A stretch of DNA of 64,000 nucleotides from Bradymonadia bacterium. GTDB lineage: Bacteria > Myxococcota_A > Bradymonadia > UBA7976 > UBA1532. Shown here in pieces: positions 26,919-36,882 of the stretch. The stretch lies in NCBI GenBank assembly GCA_046290225.1, contig JBKAGE010000034.1, positions 32,001 to 96,000 on the forward strand, given 5' to 3'. The position numbers and the translations under genes were made by a program. Within the stretch, counting starts at the first letter, position 1. Every line of letters begins with the position of its first letter. A model generated the notes under the pieces. That model was not told where the DNA came from. It saw nothing but the letters and a program-made list of their open reading frames with translations, and searched no databases.

Positions 26919-27833
26919 TCAGTCCACCTGCATCATGCCCTTGAGCTGAGCGAGGCGGGCGTCGAGCTCGTCGTCCTGCAGCGAGAGCAGCCGCTCGAGG
27001 CTGAAGCCCTCCACGGTGAAGCTCGCCATCACCGTACCGGTGAGCACCCCACGCTTGAAGGCGTTGAAGTCCAGCTCTTCCGACTTGGCCAGGGCGCCCA
27101 TGAGGCCGCCGGCGAAGGTGTCGCCGGCGCCGGTGGGATCGAGCACGTCGCGCAGGGGCACGGCGGGGGCACAGAAGATGCCCTCGGGGTGGAACAGCAT
27201 GGCGCCGTACTCGCCCCGCTTGATGATGAGCATCTTGGGGCCCATGGCCCGAATGCGATCAGCGGCCCGCAGGATGTTGCTCTCGCCGCTGAGCTGACGC
27301 GCCTCACCATCATTGATGATCAGCAGATCGATGCGGCTGAGCACGTTCACCAGCTCGTCGCGCTTGCTGGTGATCCAGAAGTTCATCGTGTCCATGGCCA
27401 CGAGGTGCGGATGATCGACCTGATCGAGCACCTTCAGCTGCAGCACGGGATCGATGTTCCCCAAGAACAGCAGCTCCTTCTTACGGTGCGCCTCGGGGAT
27501 CTGCGGATCGAACTGCTCGAAGACGTTGAGGTGCGTCTCCAGGGTCTGGGCCTCGTTGAGGTTCTCGCCATAGCGACCCTTCCAGCGGAAGGTCTTGCCC
27601 CCCTCGACGATCTCGAGGCCGTCGAGGTTGATGCCCCGGCTGCGGAGCATGTGGGTGTGGGCGTCGGGGAAGTCGTCACCGACCACGGCGACGAGGGAGA
27701 CATCCGCGAAGGCGCTGGCGGTCACGCTGGAGTAGGTGGCGGAGCCACCAAGGCACTCGTCGCGGTGGCCGTGGGGGGTCTCGAGGCTGTCGAAGGCCAC
27801 GCTGCCGACGACCAGAATCTCACGCTTGCTCAT
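26919..27833 (-). CDS. PfkB-family carbohydrate/nucleoside kinase
   Basis: VVGSVAFD, LGGSATY, DTMNFWI, DPTGAGDTFAGG. Confidence 0.9.
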   Translation of the reverse strand: MSKREILVVGSVAFDSLETPHGHRDECLGGSATYSSVTASAFADVSLVAVVGDDFPDAHTHMLRSRGINLDGLEIVEGGKTFRWKGRYGENLNEAQTLETHLNVFEQFDPQIPEAHRKKELLFLGNIDPVLQLKVLDQVDHPHLVAMDTMNFWITSKRDELVNVLSRIDLLIINDGEARQLSGESNILRAADRIRAMGPKMLIIKRGEYGAMLFHPEGIFCAPAVPLRDVLDPTGAGDTFAGGLMGALAKSEELDFNAFKRGVLTGTVMASFTVEGFSLERLLSLQDDELDARLAQLKGMMQVD

Positions 27834-28762
27834 GACTGCTCCTCGCCTGCTGATGAGGCCTCAGAGTCGGAGTTGACGGGCCCTTCGGGCCACAGGTAAC
27901 GGCCGACGAGCAGGTCCACGCGGGCCCGGGTCTCGGCAGGAATCAAATCGGGGCTGGTCATCACGGCCATGCCGCCCCCGAGGGCTTCGTGGGCCGGCCA
28001 GGTCTCGTGGCCCACCTCGGCGAGCTTCACCACCGCCTTGCGGATGACCTGCTTCGCCGTGGCCACGTTCTGCTTGATGATGGCGATGACCGCCTCGACG
28101 CTCACGTCGTCGTGGCCCTCGTACCAGCAATCGTAGTCCGTGGCCAGGGCGAGGGTGGCGTAGGCGATCTCCGCCTCACGGGCGAGTCGACACTCCGGCA
28201 CGTTGGTCATGCCCACGACGTTGGCGCCCCACTGGCGGAACAGATGGCTCTCGGCGCGGGTGCTGAAGGTGGGCCCCTCGATGCACACGTAGGTGCCGCC
28301 GTTGTGCACCGTGGCCCCCTGAGCCGTCGCGGCCTCGAAGAGCACGGCCTGCAGCTCCGGCGAAACCGGATCGGCAAACTGGACATGGCCCACGATGCCG
28401 CCTTCGAAGAAGGTCCGAGGGCGATCGGTAGTGCGATCAATGAACTGATCGACGCACACCAGATGCCCGGGCACGATCTCCTCCTGGAGGGAGCCCACGG
28501 CGGAGACGCTGATCAGGTGCCGTACGCCGAGCTTCTTGAAGCCCCAGATGTTGGCCCTGAAGTTCAGCTCGCTCGGGGAGATGCGGTGCCCACGACCGTG
28601 ACGGGCGAGGAAGACCACCTCCACCCCGTCGAGGGTGCCGCGGATGTACGCATCAGAGGGGTCACCGTAGGGGGTCTGGAGGGTGATCTCCTCCACGTTC
28701 TCGATGCCCTCGATCTCGTACAACCCGCTGCCGCCGATGACGCCGACGACCAGATCAGACAT
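27830..28762 (-). CDS. mtnP: S-methyl-5'-thioadenosine phosphorylase
   Basis: GVIGGSGLY, TPYGDPSD, ARHGRGH, EGPTFSTRAES, GMTNVPE, TDYDCW. Confidence 0.92.
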   Translation of the reverse strand: MSDLVVGVIGGSGLYEIEGIENVEEITLQTPYGDPSDAYIRGTLDGVEVVFLARHGRGHRISPSELNFRANIWGFKKLGVRHLISVSAVGSLQEEIVPGHLVCVDQFIDRTTDRPRTFFEGGIVGHVQFADPVSPELQAVLFEAATAQGATVHNGGTYVCIEGPTFSTRAESHLFRQWGANVVGMTNVPECRLAREAEIAYATLALATDYDCWYEGHDDVSVEAVIAIIKQNVATAKQVIRKAVVKLAEVGHETWPAHEALGGGMAVMTSPDLIPAETRARVDLLVGRYLWPEGPVNSDSEASSAGEEQS

Positions 28763-28836
28763 GTGTGCCTCTTCGTGTGGTGAGTGATGAAGATGGTGCT
28801 GAGATGCGCGCCGTGGGTGCCTTCACTGCAAGGCCC

Positions 28837-29982
28837 TCATTGCAGGGGTCGCTGACGATCGACATCGGCCACCACAGCGGCGATGGCCGCATCGGCCACG
28901 GCGACTGCAGCCTCGTCGATCTCCTCGTCTTCGGGGCGTGCCCCGAGCTGTCCGCAGGCGGCGTCGATGTCGAGGCCCCGGCTCATGCGCACGGTGACGC
29001 GGATACCGGCGTTGAGCAGAATCCGCTGAAAGCGCCGCACCCGCTCGTCGGGGGGCCGCTGATAGTTCGGCCCGGCGAAGGGGTTCCACTGCAACAGGTT
29101 CAGCCGCGCGTTGGGCAACTGCCGCATGATCTTCACCAGCCGGCGCGCGTCGTCGTCGCTGTCGTTGACCTCGTGGAGCAACACGTACTCCAGGGTCATC
29201 TTCCGGCGAGGGGGCAGCGGGTAGGCCTTCAGGGCCTCGACGAGATCAGGGATCTTGTAGCGCTTGTTGATGGGCATCACCCGATCCCGGGTGTCATCAT
29301 CGCTGGCGTTGAGGCTCACGGCGAGGTTCACCGGCGTGGCGCCGCCGAGGCGAGCGATCTGGGGCACCAGCCCGCTGGTGCTCACGGTGATGCGTCGCTC
29401 GGAGAAATCCTGACCGTCGGGATCGCACAGCCTGCGGATGCTCTCCACCACCCCATCGAGGTTGTGCAGGGGCTCACCCATGCCCATGTAGACGAGGTGG
29501 CTGATGCGGGCCCCCTCGGGGAGCACCTGACGCGCTTTGAGCACCTGGTCGACGATCTCGCCCACGGTGAGGTGGCGGGCGAGGCCCAGGGTGGCGGTGT
29601 AGCAGAACGTGCACCCGAGGGCGCAGCCCACCTGGCTCGACAAGCACTGGGTGAACTTCCCAGGCTCCATCATGATGAGCACGCTCTCGATGACCGCGCC
29701 GTCTTCCGTCTTGAGGGCCACCTTGCGGGTGCCATCGCTGGACTCGGCCACCTTGTCCACAGTGAGCCGACCCACCGTCCAGCCTGCCTCGGCGAGGGCT
29801 GCCCTGAGCGTCTTGGGCAGGTTGGTCATCTCGTCGAGGTGGTTGGCCCCCTTCTGGAAGACCCATTGATACAGCTGGCCAGCGCGGTACTTCGGCTGCC
29901 CGAGCTCGGCCATGAGATCCACCATGGCCTCACGGGTGAGCTCCGTGAGGTTGTGTGTGGGCACGACGGGACGGATCGCCAT
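28837..29982 (-). CDS. rlmN: 23S rRNA (A2503)/tRNA m2A methyltransferase RlmN
   Basis: CLSSQVGCALGCTFCYT, MGMGEPLHN, ITVSTSG, DIDAACGQL. Confidence 0.95.
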   Translation of the reverse strand: MAIRPVVPTHNLTELTREAMVDLMAELGQPKYRAGQLYQWVFQKGANHLDEMTNLPKTLRAALAEAGWTVGRLTVDKVAESSDGTRKVALKTEDGAVIESVLIMMEPGKFTQCLSSQVGCALGCTFCYTATLGLARHLTVGEIVDQVLKARQVLPEGARISHLVYMGMGEPLHNLDGVVESIRRLCDPDGQDFSERRITVSTSGLVPQIARLGGATPVNLAVSLNASDDDTRDRVMPINKRYKIPDLVEALKAYPLPPRRKMTLEYVLLHEVNDSDDDARRLVKIMRQLPNARLNLLQWNPFAGPNYQRPPDERVRRFQRILLNAGIRVTVRMSRGLDIDAACGQLGARPEDEEIDEAAVAVADAAIAAVVADVDRQRPLQ

Positions 29983-30103
29983 GGTGACTCCTCGCTGAGG
30001 GCCCGTTCAGGGGCTACAGAACCCCTGCAGGGTACCGATCAGCGGTGTAGGGTCAAGTGTGCGGCCTGATGGCGGCCATGGAGAGGCGGGCCGAGAGGGC
30101 GCT

Positions 30104-30529
30104 TCAGCGGCTGTAGATCTCGGTGCTGCGGAAGAAGTAGGCGATCTCCACCGCGGCGGTCTCGGGGGCGTCGGAGCCGTGCACGGTGTTGGCGTCGATG
30201 CTCTTGGCGTAGAGCTTGCGGATGGTGCCCTCGGCGGCGTCGGCGGGGTTGGTGGCGCCCATGATCTCACGGTACTTCGTGATGGCGCTCTCGCCCTCGA
30301 GCACGCTCACGACCACGGGGCCGGAGATCATGAACTCGACGAGATCGTTGAAGAAGGGGCGCTCCTTGTGCACCGCGTAGAAGCCCTCGGCCTCGGCGCG
30401 GGAGAGGTGCTGCATGCGGGTGGCGATCACCTTGAGGCCGGACTCCTCGATGTGGGCGAAGATGCGGCCCACGAGGTTGCGGGCGACGCCGTCGGGCTTG
30501 ATGATGCTGAAAGTACGCTCGATGGCCAT
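30104..30529 (-). CDS. ndk: Nucleoside diphosphate kinase
   Basis: [26 protein letters not shown]. Confidence 0.97.
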   Translation of the reverse strand: MAIERTFSIIKPDGVARNLVGRIFAHIEESGLKVIATRMQHLSRAEAEGFYAVHKERPFFNDLVEFMISGPVVVSVLEGESAITKYREIMGATNPADAAEGTIRKLYAKSIDANTVHGSDAPETAAVEIAYFFRSTEIYSR

Positions 30530-30610
30530 GTTGGGCTCCTTCATCGCCCGGCGCGTGGCCCGTCACAGGGGCGTCACCGGGGCGTCATGGGCCCGGTCGT
30601 CACGGGCCCG

Positions 30611-32335
30611 TCAGTCTTGCGGGCGCGGAGTATGCCCACTCCCCTGGCTGAGGGCAAGTGTCGCGGACACGCCGCTTGCCGAAGGCCCCGCCTCGGCGAC
30701 GATCCCCTGCTCCACCGCGATGAGCTGCTCGGGCAAATGCGTCTTCCACCAGCGGTGGGCTGCCCCCCGATGCCATGGGGTCTCCAGGCTGCGCTCCACC
30801 TCGGCGAGGGCCCGGCCGAGGCTCACCATGTCCTCGTATCGATCGTCAGGCTCTCGGGCAAGGCACCGCTCGAGGATCTTCGCCAGAGCCGGCGGGGGCG
30901 GATCCTCGCACATCTCCTCAAGAGACGGAGGGTTGCCCTGGATGTGGTGGAGGATCACCTCCATCGGGGTCTTGCCCGTGTAGACGTGTCGCCCGCTGAG
31001 CAGCCAGTAGCCGACACACCCCACGGCGTACATGTCCGCGCGGCCGTCGATCACCCCCTCGCCCATGGCCACCTCGGGGGCCATCCACGCCGGCGTGCCC
31101 GCGATGACCCCTTCGCCGGTGAGGCCCACATCTACAGCCTCCGCCTGGCGAAGCCGCACGAGGCCAAAGTCGAGCACCTTCACCAGATCGCACTGCAAGC
31201 CCACGGGGGTGATGATGGCGTTGGCGGGCTTGATGTCGCGATGGATCAACCCTCGCATGTGGGCCTCGGCCAGGGCGTCACACATCTGCCGCAGGATCCG
31301 GATCGCCCGGCTCGGCGGCACGGGGCCAAAACGCTCGACAAGGGCGTCGAGATCGATGCCCTCGAGCAGCTCCATGGCGTAGTAGAACGTGCCGTCCTCG
31401 GTGACGCCGTAGTCGTAGATCTCCACAGTGTGCGGGCTGCGCAGGCTCGCAGTGGCCTGAGCCTCTCGTTCGAAGCGCACCCGGGGGGTGGTGCCGTCGC
31501 TGTGGTTGCTCGCCATGGCGCTCTGCTTGATGAGCTTGATGGCTGCCGGACGGGCGAGCAGGTTGTGGCGGGCCACCCACACCTCGCCCATCCCGCCACG
31601 ACCGAGCAGGCGCTCGAGCCGATAGCTGCCCATGGCCCGGGCCTCGGAGACCGATCGACCGAGCTGCCGCACCACGTGAGCGGGGATCAACGACATCACC
31701 GAGCCCAAGGTGATGGAGACGAACATCTGCCGGTAGATGTCCGGGGAGGGCTCGGTCCAGCCCCAGTGGTCGAACAACCACAGCACCAGAGGTGCCGTGG
31801 CGGCGGTGACGACTGTGGAGACGGCGGCGAGCCGCATGGGCAAAGGTACGATGGTGGGGAACAAGAGCAGCCAGGCCACCACCGGCGGCAACCCCGTTGG
31901 TCGCATCTCAGGCGTGAGCGCGGGGATGGCGGCGATGACGGAGATGCCTGCGCCGACCCCGATCTTGTAGAGAACCGCCACCCGGATGAGCTTGGTGCCC
32001 TTCACCATGCCCTTGCGACACAAGAACCATGTGCCCATGGCGTCGAAGATGCCAAAGCCCGCCACGACGTCGAGGGCGAGCCGTCGATCAGGGGGCACGA
32101 AGTCTTCGATGCCGAAGAGCCCGAAAACCCTCGGCAGCAGCATCAGCGTGCCCCAAATCGCGCATGCAGTGAGGGCGGCGATGGCCAGCCGCCTCGACAT
32201 GGTGGACTCGACGTCGGGGGGCAGGCTGTTGCGCGCGGCGGTGATGCCGCCGGTGAGGGTGGTGGCCTGCTCGAGCTGCTTGAACAGTGCGGTGTCAGAC
32301 ACCTGAGGTGACTCCCGAGGCCGCGACGTGCCCAT
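30611..32335 (-). CDS. Ser/Thr protein kinase with N-terminal multi-TM domain
   Basis: About 5-6 hydrophobic segments, then LGRGGMGEV, AIK, HRDIKPAN, DFGL, GTPAWMAPE. Confidence 0.92.
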   Translation of the reverse strand: MGTSRPRESPQVSDTALFKQLEQATTLTGGITAARNSLPPDVESTMSRRLAIAALTACAIWGTLMLLPRVFGLFGIEDFVPPDRRLALDVVAGFGIFDAMGTWFLCRKGMVKGTKLIRVAVLYKIGVGAGISVIAAIPALTPEMRPTGLPPVVAWLLLFPTIVPLPMRLAAVSTVVTAATAPLVLWLFDHWGWTEPSPDIYRQMFVSITLGSVMSLIPAHVVRQLGRSVSEARAMGSYRLERLLGRGGMGEVWVARHNLLARPAAIKLIKQSAMASNHSDGTTPRVRFEREAQATASLRSPHTVEIYDYGVTEDGTFYYAMELLEGIDLDALVERFGPVPPSRAIRILRQMCDALAEAHMRGLIHRDIKPANAIITPVGLQCDLVKVLDFGLVRLRQAEAVDVGLTGEGVIAGTPAWMAPEVAMGEGVIDGRADMYAVGCVGYWLLSGRHVYTGKTPMEVILHHIQGNPPSLEEMCEDPPPPALAKILERCLAREPDDRYEDMVSLGRALAEVERSLETPWHRGAAHRWWKTHLPEQLIAVEQGIVAEAGPSASGVSATLALSQGSGHTPRPQD

Positions 32336-32412
32336 ACCTCAAGGGCCAACCCCCCTGAGGCTTTGTTTGTGACGAGACGCACCCCCTCAGTCAAGGGGCA
32401 CGCCTCTGATCC

Positions 32413-33108
32413 TCAAGGGGTGCCGGCGAGATCGTAAATCTTCAAGTTGTCGAAGGTGGTGGGCGACTCCCAGTTGCCGAACCCGAAGTGCTCCGGCACC
32501 CCCGACGGATGATATGGATAGGTCAACATCAGAGCGCCGTCCACATACCACCTCACGGTGTCGTCGGTGCGCTCAATGGTCCAGTGATAGTCGAGGCCAG
32601 GCACGACACACTGGGTCTTGCCCCCGGGCTGAGCACAGGGCCGGTTGTCGACCTTGCGATCCTCGCTGTGCTCGTCGTTGTGGGCCAGGGTGATGATCTT
32701 GTTGCTCCACCCACCGTAGATGAAGATGTAGCCACTCTGGTGCATGCGGCCGTCACCGAAGGCCTCCACCTTGAGATCGCCCTTGTCGCCTTCGGCGCGC
32801 ACATCGACCTCGATGCGCACCTTCTCCGGGAGAGGCTTCTGGAGCCAGAGGGTGGCGTTGTGGATCCCCTGCCCTTTCAGGCGGCCGTTCTCGATGATCC
32901 AGGTGCCGGCTTCCCAGCCCTGGTCAGCCTTCGCAGGCAGGTAGTCTCCACCCACCTCTCCGCGCTCGAAGGCATCCTCGAAGACGAGCTGCCCCCGAGG
33001 TTCGGGGGTGGGATCCTGAGCATAGCGCGCCCACACGAGGCCGCTGAGCGCACCGACGAAGCCCAGCCAGCCGAGGGGCACGAGCACTTTCCGTGGAACC
33101 TTGGCCAT
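32413..33108 (-). CDS. Membrane-anchored ConA/LamG-like beta-sandwich protein
   Basis: N-terminal TM; FEDAF..W.IENG.L, YHWTIER, WYVDG, FDNLKIY pattern. Confidence 0.55.
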   Translation of the reverse strand: MAKVPRKVLVPLGWLGFVGALSGLVWARYAQDPTPEPRGQLVFEDAFERGEVGGDYLPAKADQGWEAGTWIIENGRLKGQGIHNATLWLQKPLPEKVRIEVDVRAEGDKGDLKVEAFGDGRMHQSGYIFIYGGWSNKIITLAHNDEHSEDRKVDNRPCAQPGGKTQCVVPGLDYHWTIERTDDTVRWYVDGALMLTYPYHPSGVPEHFGFGNWESPTTFDNLKIYDLAGTP

Positions 33109-33113
33109 TGGGC

Positions 33114-34985
33114 TCAGTCACCCTCTCCAGGGCTCCGGCGTCCAGTACGGCTGAGCTTCACCGTAGAGGGCCCTTCACGGCCTTCGCTCGGGGACGAGAG
33201 TGTGGGCAACGGGTTGGTGTCGGCGCTCACCGAGGGCTCGGCCACCAGGGTCGCAGCCCCTTCTCCATCTGAAGGCGGTGGCGCCAACGAGGGCAGACCT
33301 TCGTCGTCGTCTTCGATGATCTCCTCGATGTCCTCAGCTTCGATCTCTTCGTCGATGGAAGACGTGTCGGTGCCGTCGAGGGTCTCCTCCGCCATGAGTG
33401 CGTCTCGGCGATCCTCATCGGGATCTTCCATCACCGTGGAGCCGTCCTCGGGCAGCTCGTCGACGCTGCTCATGCTCGACGACGCTCCTGAGCTCGACGC
33501 AGCACCATCAGAAGGCGCAGGCGTGAGATCTTCCAGCCCGGGCCGTGCATCCATGTCTACGTGCCCTGCAGCGGCGTGCTCGTCGATGCGCATCAGCGGA
33601 TCGGTGTTGCGCGCGTTCTCCGCGAAGAGGAAGCCGGGGATCAGCTCGTCGGTGACCCCCACCGGCAAGGCAGCGACGGCGGCGATGGCGGGATCCATCT
33701 CCGGCATGGCCACCTGTGAGGCCTGGCCGGTGCCCTTCTGCTTGAGCACGTCGATGGTCTCTCGGGCGCTGAGCAGCTCGCTGTTGGTCATGCGCAGGCG
33801 CGTGTTGAGCACCTGGATGAAGCTCCAGAGCAGCTTCACTGCCATCACGGCGTCTTTACGCATCAGCTCATAGAACTGCTGTCGCTGGATCACGAGGCAG
33901 TGGGTGTCGGAGAGCGTGCGGGCGGAGGCCGATCGGGGCGACTTGTCCACCATGGCCATCTCGCCGAAGTGACCCCCTTCGCCCAGCTCGGCGAGCTGTA
34001 CGCCCCCCTTCTCGATGCGGATGCGCCCTTGCAACACGATGAAGAAGGTGTCCCCTCGGGTGCCCTCTTCGAAGATGAGGGTGTTCTGAGGGAACGCCCT
34101 GGTCTCGGTGATGTTCATCACCTTCACCAGGCTCTTGTAGCCGAGGTACTTGAACAACGGGATGGACCGCAGCGTGTCGAGCTTGTGACGCACCTCTTCG
34201 GTGGCGTCGTCTCGGCGATCGGCCTCGTCGGGGGCCATGCGAATGACGATGGCGGTGATGTTGTCCTTGCCACCACACTCATTCGCCAGTCGGATGAACC
34301 GCTCAGGCAGCTCTTTGATCTCCTGCCCTTTGAGGATGTCCCGAGTGATGTCGTCGTCGATGTAACAGCTCAGGCCGTCTGAGCAGATGAGGAAGTCATC
34401 CCCGGGGAGCACGTCGAAGTCGAGGGTGTCCACTTCAACGTCGGGGTACACCCCAACGGCCCGGGTCACGGCGTTCTTGTAGGGGCTGTCGAAGACATCG
34501 CCGGGCTTCAGGCGGCCCCGCTTGATCAGCTCGTTCACCAGGGAGTGGTCCTCGGTGAGCTGATGCACCTGATTGTTGCGCAGCATGTAGATGCGGCTGT
34601 CGCCCACATGGGCGATGAAGCCCCGACGGCCACTCACCAGCATCAGGCTGGTGGTGGTGCCCATGCCTCGTCGATCAGGGTTCTCTTCGGCGAGCTCATG
34701 GATTCGAGCACACGCCTGCTTGATGGACTTCTCCAGCAGGCTGAGCAACGCTGCCCGGTCGTCGGCAGATTGAGACTTCTGATACTGGTCGATGACGTCG
34801 CGGTGCTCAGCCACCACCCGTCTGACCTCGCGGACCGCCACTGAGGAGGCGATCTCACCCGCGGCGTGCCCCCCCATCCCATCGGCGACGATGAAGAGGT
34901 TCAGCTTCTTGTCCACGAGGAAGTTGTCCTCGTTGTGATCTCGGGTGCGGCCAACATCGGTGGCGGCCCAGAACCGAACCTCCAT
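33114..34985 (-). CDS. PP2C (Stp1-like) Ser/Thr phosphatase fused to a cNMP-binding domain and acidic tail
   Basis: TDVGRTRDHNED, VADGMGGH, HVGDSR, CSDGL, GGKDNIT; cNMP cassette FGEMAMVDKSPRSAS; start ATG 34985. Confidence 0.9.
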   Translation of the reverse strand: MEVRFWAATDVGRTRDHNEDNFLVDKKLNLFIVADGMGGHAAGEIASSVAVREVRRVVAEHRDVIDQYQKSQSADDRAALLSLLEKSIKQACARIHELAEENPDRRGMGTTTSLMLVSGRRGFIAHVGDSRIYMLRNNQVHQLTEDHSLVNELIKRGRLKPGDVFDSPYKNAVTRAVGVYPDVEVDTLDFDVLPGDDFLICSDGLSCYIDDDITRDILKGQEIKELPERFIRLANECGGKDNITAIVIRMAPDEADRRDDATEEVRHKLDTLRSIPLFKYLGYKSLVKVMNITETRAFPQNTLIFEEGTRGDTFFIVLQGRIRIEKGGVQLAELGEGGHFGEMAMVDKSPRSASARTLSDTHCLVIQRQQFYELMRKDAVMAVKLLWSFIQVLNTRLRMTNSELLSARETIDVLKQKGTGQASQVAMPEMDPAIAAVAALPVGVTDELIPGFLFAENARNTDPLMRIDEHAAAGHVDMDARPGLEDLTPAPSDGAASSSGASSSMSSVDELPEDGSTVMEDPDEDRRDALMAEETLDGTDTSSIDEEIEAEDIEEIIEDDDEGLPSLAPPPSDGEGAATLVAEPSVSADTNPLPTLSSPSEGREGPSTVKLSRTGRRSPGEGD

Positions 34986-35046
34986 GACACGCCTTTCGCT
35001 GCCCTCGGAGGGGCCTCGCTGTGTGTAGGTGCTTGTTAGCGGTCTA

Positions 35047-36822
35047 TCACCGCCTTCGATCCTCGTCCAGCCCGTTGCGGTCTTCGATCCCCGCGGCGAG
35101 TTCGAGGAGCCACTGATCTTTCGGTGCGATTTTGAGGGCTTGCTTGAGGTGCCAGCGCGCTCGGGCCCTGGCCTGCGGCGCCCCCCGAGCGATCCACGGC
35201 AGCTCCGCGAGGGCGCTCTGACCATGGGACAAGGCCCACATCCGCCGGCCATCGAGATCGGCAGGTGGAGCACCGAGGACCGCATGTGCCTTCACCATGG
35301 CTTCGAGGCTCACGGGCGGGCCCCCTGCAGAGAGAGTGATCCCCCACGCCGCCGGTGGGATGGACATCTCGTCGATCTTCACCCCCGACTCGATGGCCAC
35401 GAACCAGCCCGCCTCGACGGCCCGTTGTGGGAAGTCTTCTACGAGGGGCGCCACCTCTGGGTAGGCCGCGGCCACGCGCTCTCGGGACCAGGGGGTGTGC
35501 ATGCGCCCGCGAAAGAGCGGCGCCACGTCAGGGCGCCGACCCTCGATGGCCCGGGCCCACCCATCGAGGAACCAGGCAGAGTAGTCGCTGTAGGCGATGA
35601 TGCTGTCTGGAGGCAAGGGCTCGAGGCGTGCCCGAGCGAGCAGCGTGGCGGAGCGCGCCCCCATGTGATGATGGGTGTCCACCTGAGGTAGCCAGATCAC
35701 GGCGAGGGCAGGCAGCACGGCCCAGCTGACTCTGCGGGTCGCAGAAGAAAGGGTGTCACAGGCAAGCCACGCCACGGCCCAGCCTGCGAGCACCGCGGGA
35801 GCGAGGTACCCGCCGATGTCGGGGTTCAGCCGATCGAAGGCGTAAGTGAACTTGGTGTAGAGCACGGGCAATGACACCGCCATTGCCCCTCCGATCACCC
35901 ACCATCGACCACGATCTCGAAGCAGCATCAGGGCTGCGCCTGCGATGCACAGCAAAATGACCCCACCCCCGATGGGCCCCACCTGATCGAGCCACCAGGA
36001 GAACAGATGAAACACCTGGTCGAGCGGCTCGGGCGATTCGATCTCCGTAAGACTGCTGGTGCGCCATGCGTGACCGCTGATGACCCGCCAGAACCGATCC
36101 AGCGTGTCTGGGGCCCCCCACCCCACGACGCCGCCCGCCCGGGCCCGGATCACGAGATGAGCATACAGACCCAGGCTGAGGATACCGGCAATCTCGGCGG
36201 GCAGGATGACGCGGGGGTGACGCTTCACCGCAGGCACCACGGCCCACAACGCCAGGGGCAACATACACAGGGCGAGCAAGGTGTGATTCGCCCCGGCGAT
36301 GCCGAGGAGCATCGACAGCTCCACCACCACTCGGCTGTCCATCGAGGATCGCAGGTGTGCCGCGGCGACCCGCTCCACCATGATCACCGTGAGCAACAAC
36401 TGCAGGGCGTACACCTCGGCCCGCACACCCTGAAGCCACAGCGTCGGCAGGGACAACGGCACCAGGGCCACCACAGCTGTGAGCCACCGGGGGGCTGACG
36501 GCGAGATGTGGCGCAGGATCAACGAGAACCACCCCATGGCTCCGGCGAGGGGCAGCACGCTGCCGAGGTTGGCCCGGAACCCTCCGCCGGCGAAGGGCAG
36601 CTGCATGATCCCGTGGGTGAGCTGCGTGTGGGCGGGGTGCCCCGGTGGGTGGGCGAGGCTCAGGCGGCGAGCGACAGCGCCGAACTCCCCGGTGTCGTGC
36701 CAGTGGGCCTCGGGGAGCGCGGTCCACGCGAGGGCCGCGCCGGCGAGGGCGGTGACCACCCAGGCCCAGGTCAGATCAGAGGCTCGCTGATCGGCGTTTC
36801 GATGTGCGCGACTCATAGACAC
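35047..36822 (-). CDS. DUF2723 (TMEM260-like, GT-C fold) membrane protein
   Basis: WHDTGEF...LSLAHPPGHP, WLQGVRAEVYAL, GANH; multiple TMs. Start is 36822 or 36816. Confidence 0.78.
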   Translation of the reverse strand: MSMSRAHRNADQRASDLTWAWVVTALAGAALAWTALPEAHWHDTGEFGAVARRLSLAHPPGHPAHTQLTHGIMQLPFAGGGFRANLGSVLPLAGAMGWFSLILRHISPSAPRWLTAVVALVPLSLPTLWLQGVRAEVYALQLLLTVIMVERVAAAHLRSSMDSRVVVELSMLLGIAGANHTLLALCMLPLALWAVVPAVKRHPRVILPAEIAGILSLGLYAHLVIRARAGGVVGWGAPDTLDRFWRVISGHAWRTSSLTEIESPEPLDQVFHLFSWWLDQVGPIGGGVILLCIAGAALMLLRDRGRWWVIGGAMAVSLPVLYTKFTYAFDRLNPDIGGYLAPAVLAGWAVAWLACDTLSSATRRVSWAVLPALAVIWLPQVDTHHHMGARSATLLARARLEPLPPDSIIAYSDYSAWFLDGWARAIEGRRPDVAPLFRGRMHTPWSRERVAAAYPEVAPLVEDFPQRAVEAGWFVAIESGVKIDEMSIPPAAWGITLSAGGPPVSLEAMVKAHAVLGAPPADLDGRRMWALSHGQSALAELPWIARGAPQARARARWHLKQALKIAPKDQWLLELAAGIEDRNGLDEDRRR

Positions 36823-36882
36823 CTAAAGCGCCACCCTTATGCGGCCCGATGAAGAGATGACGCCCACCATGCGAGAGATCAG

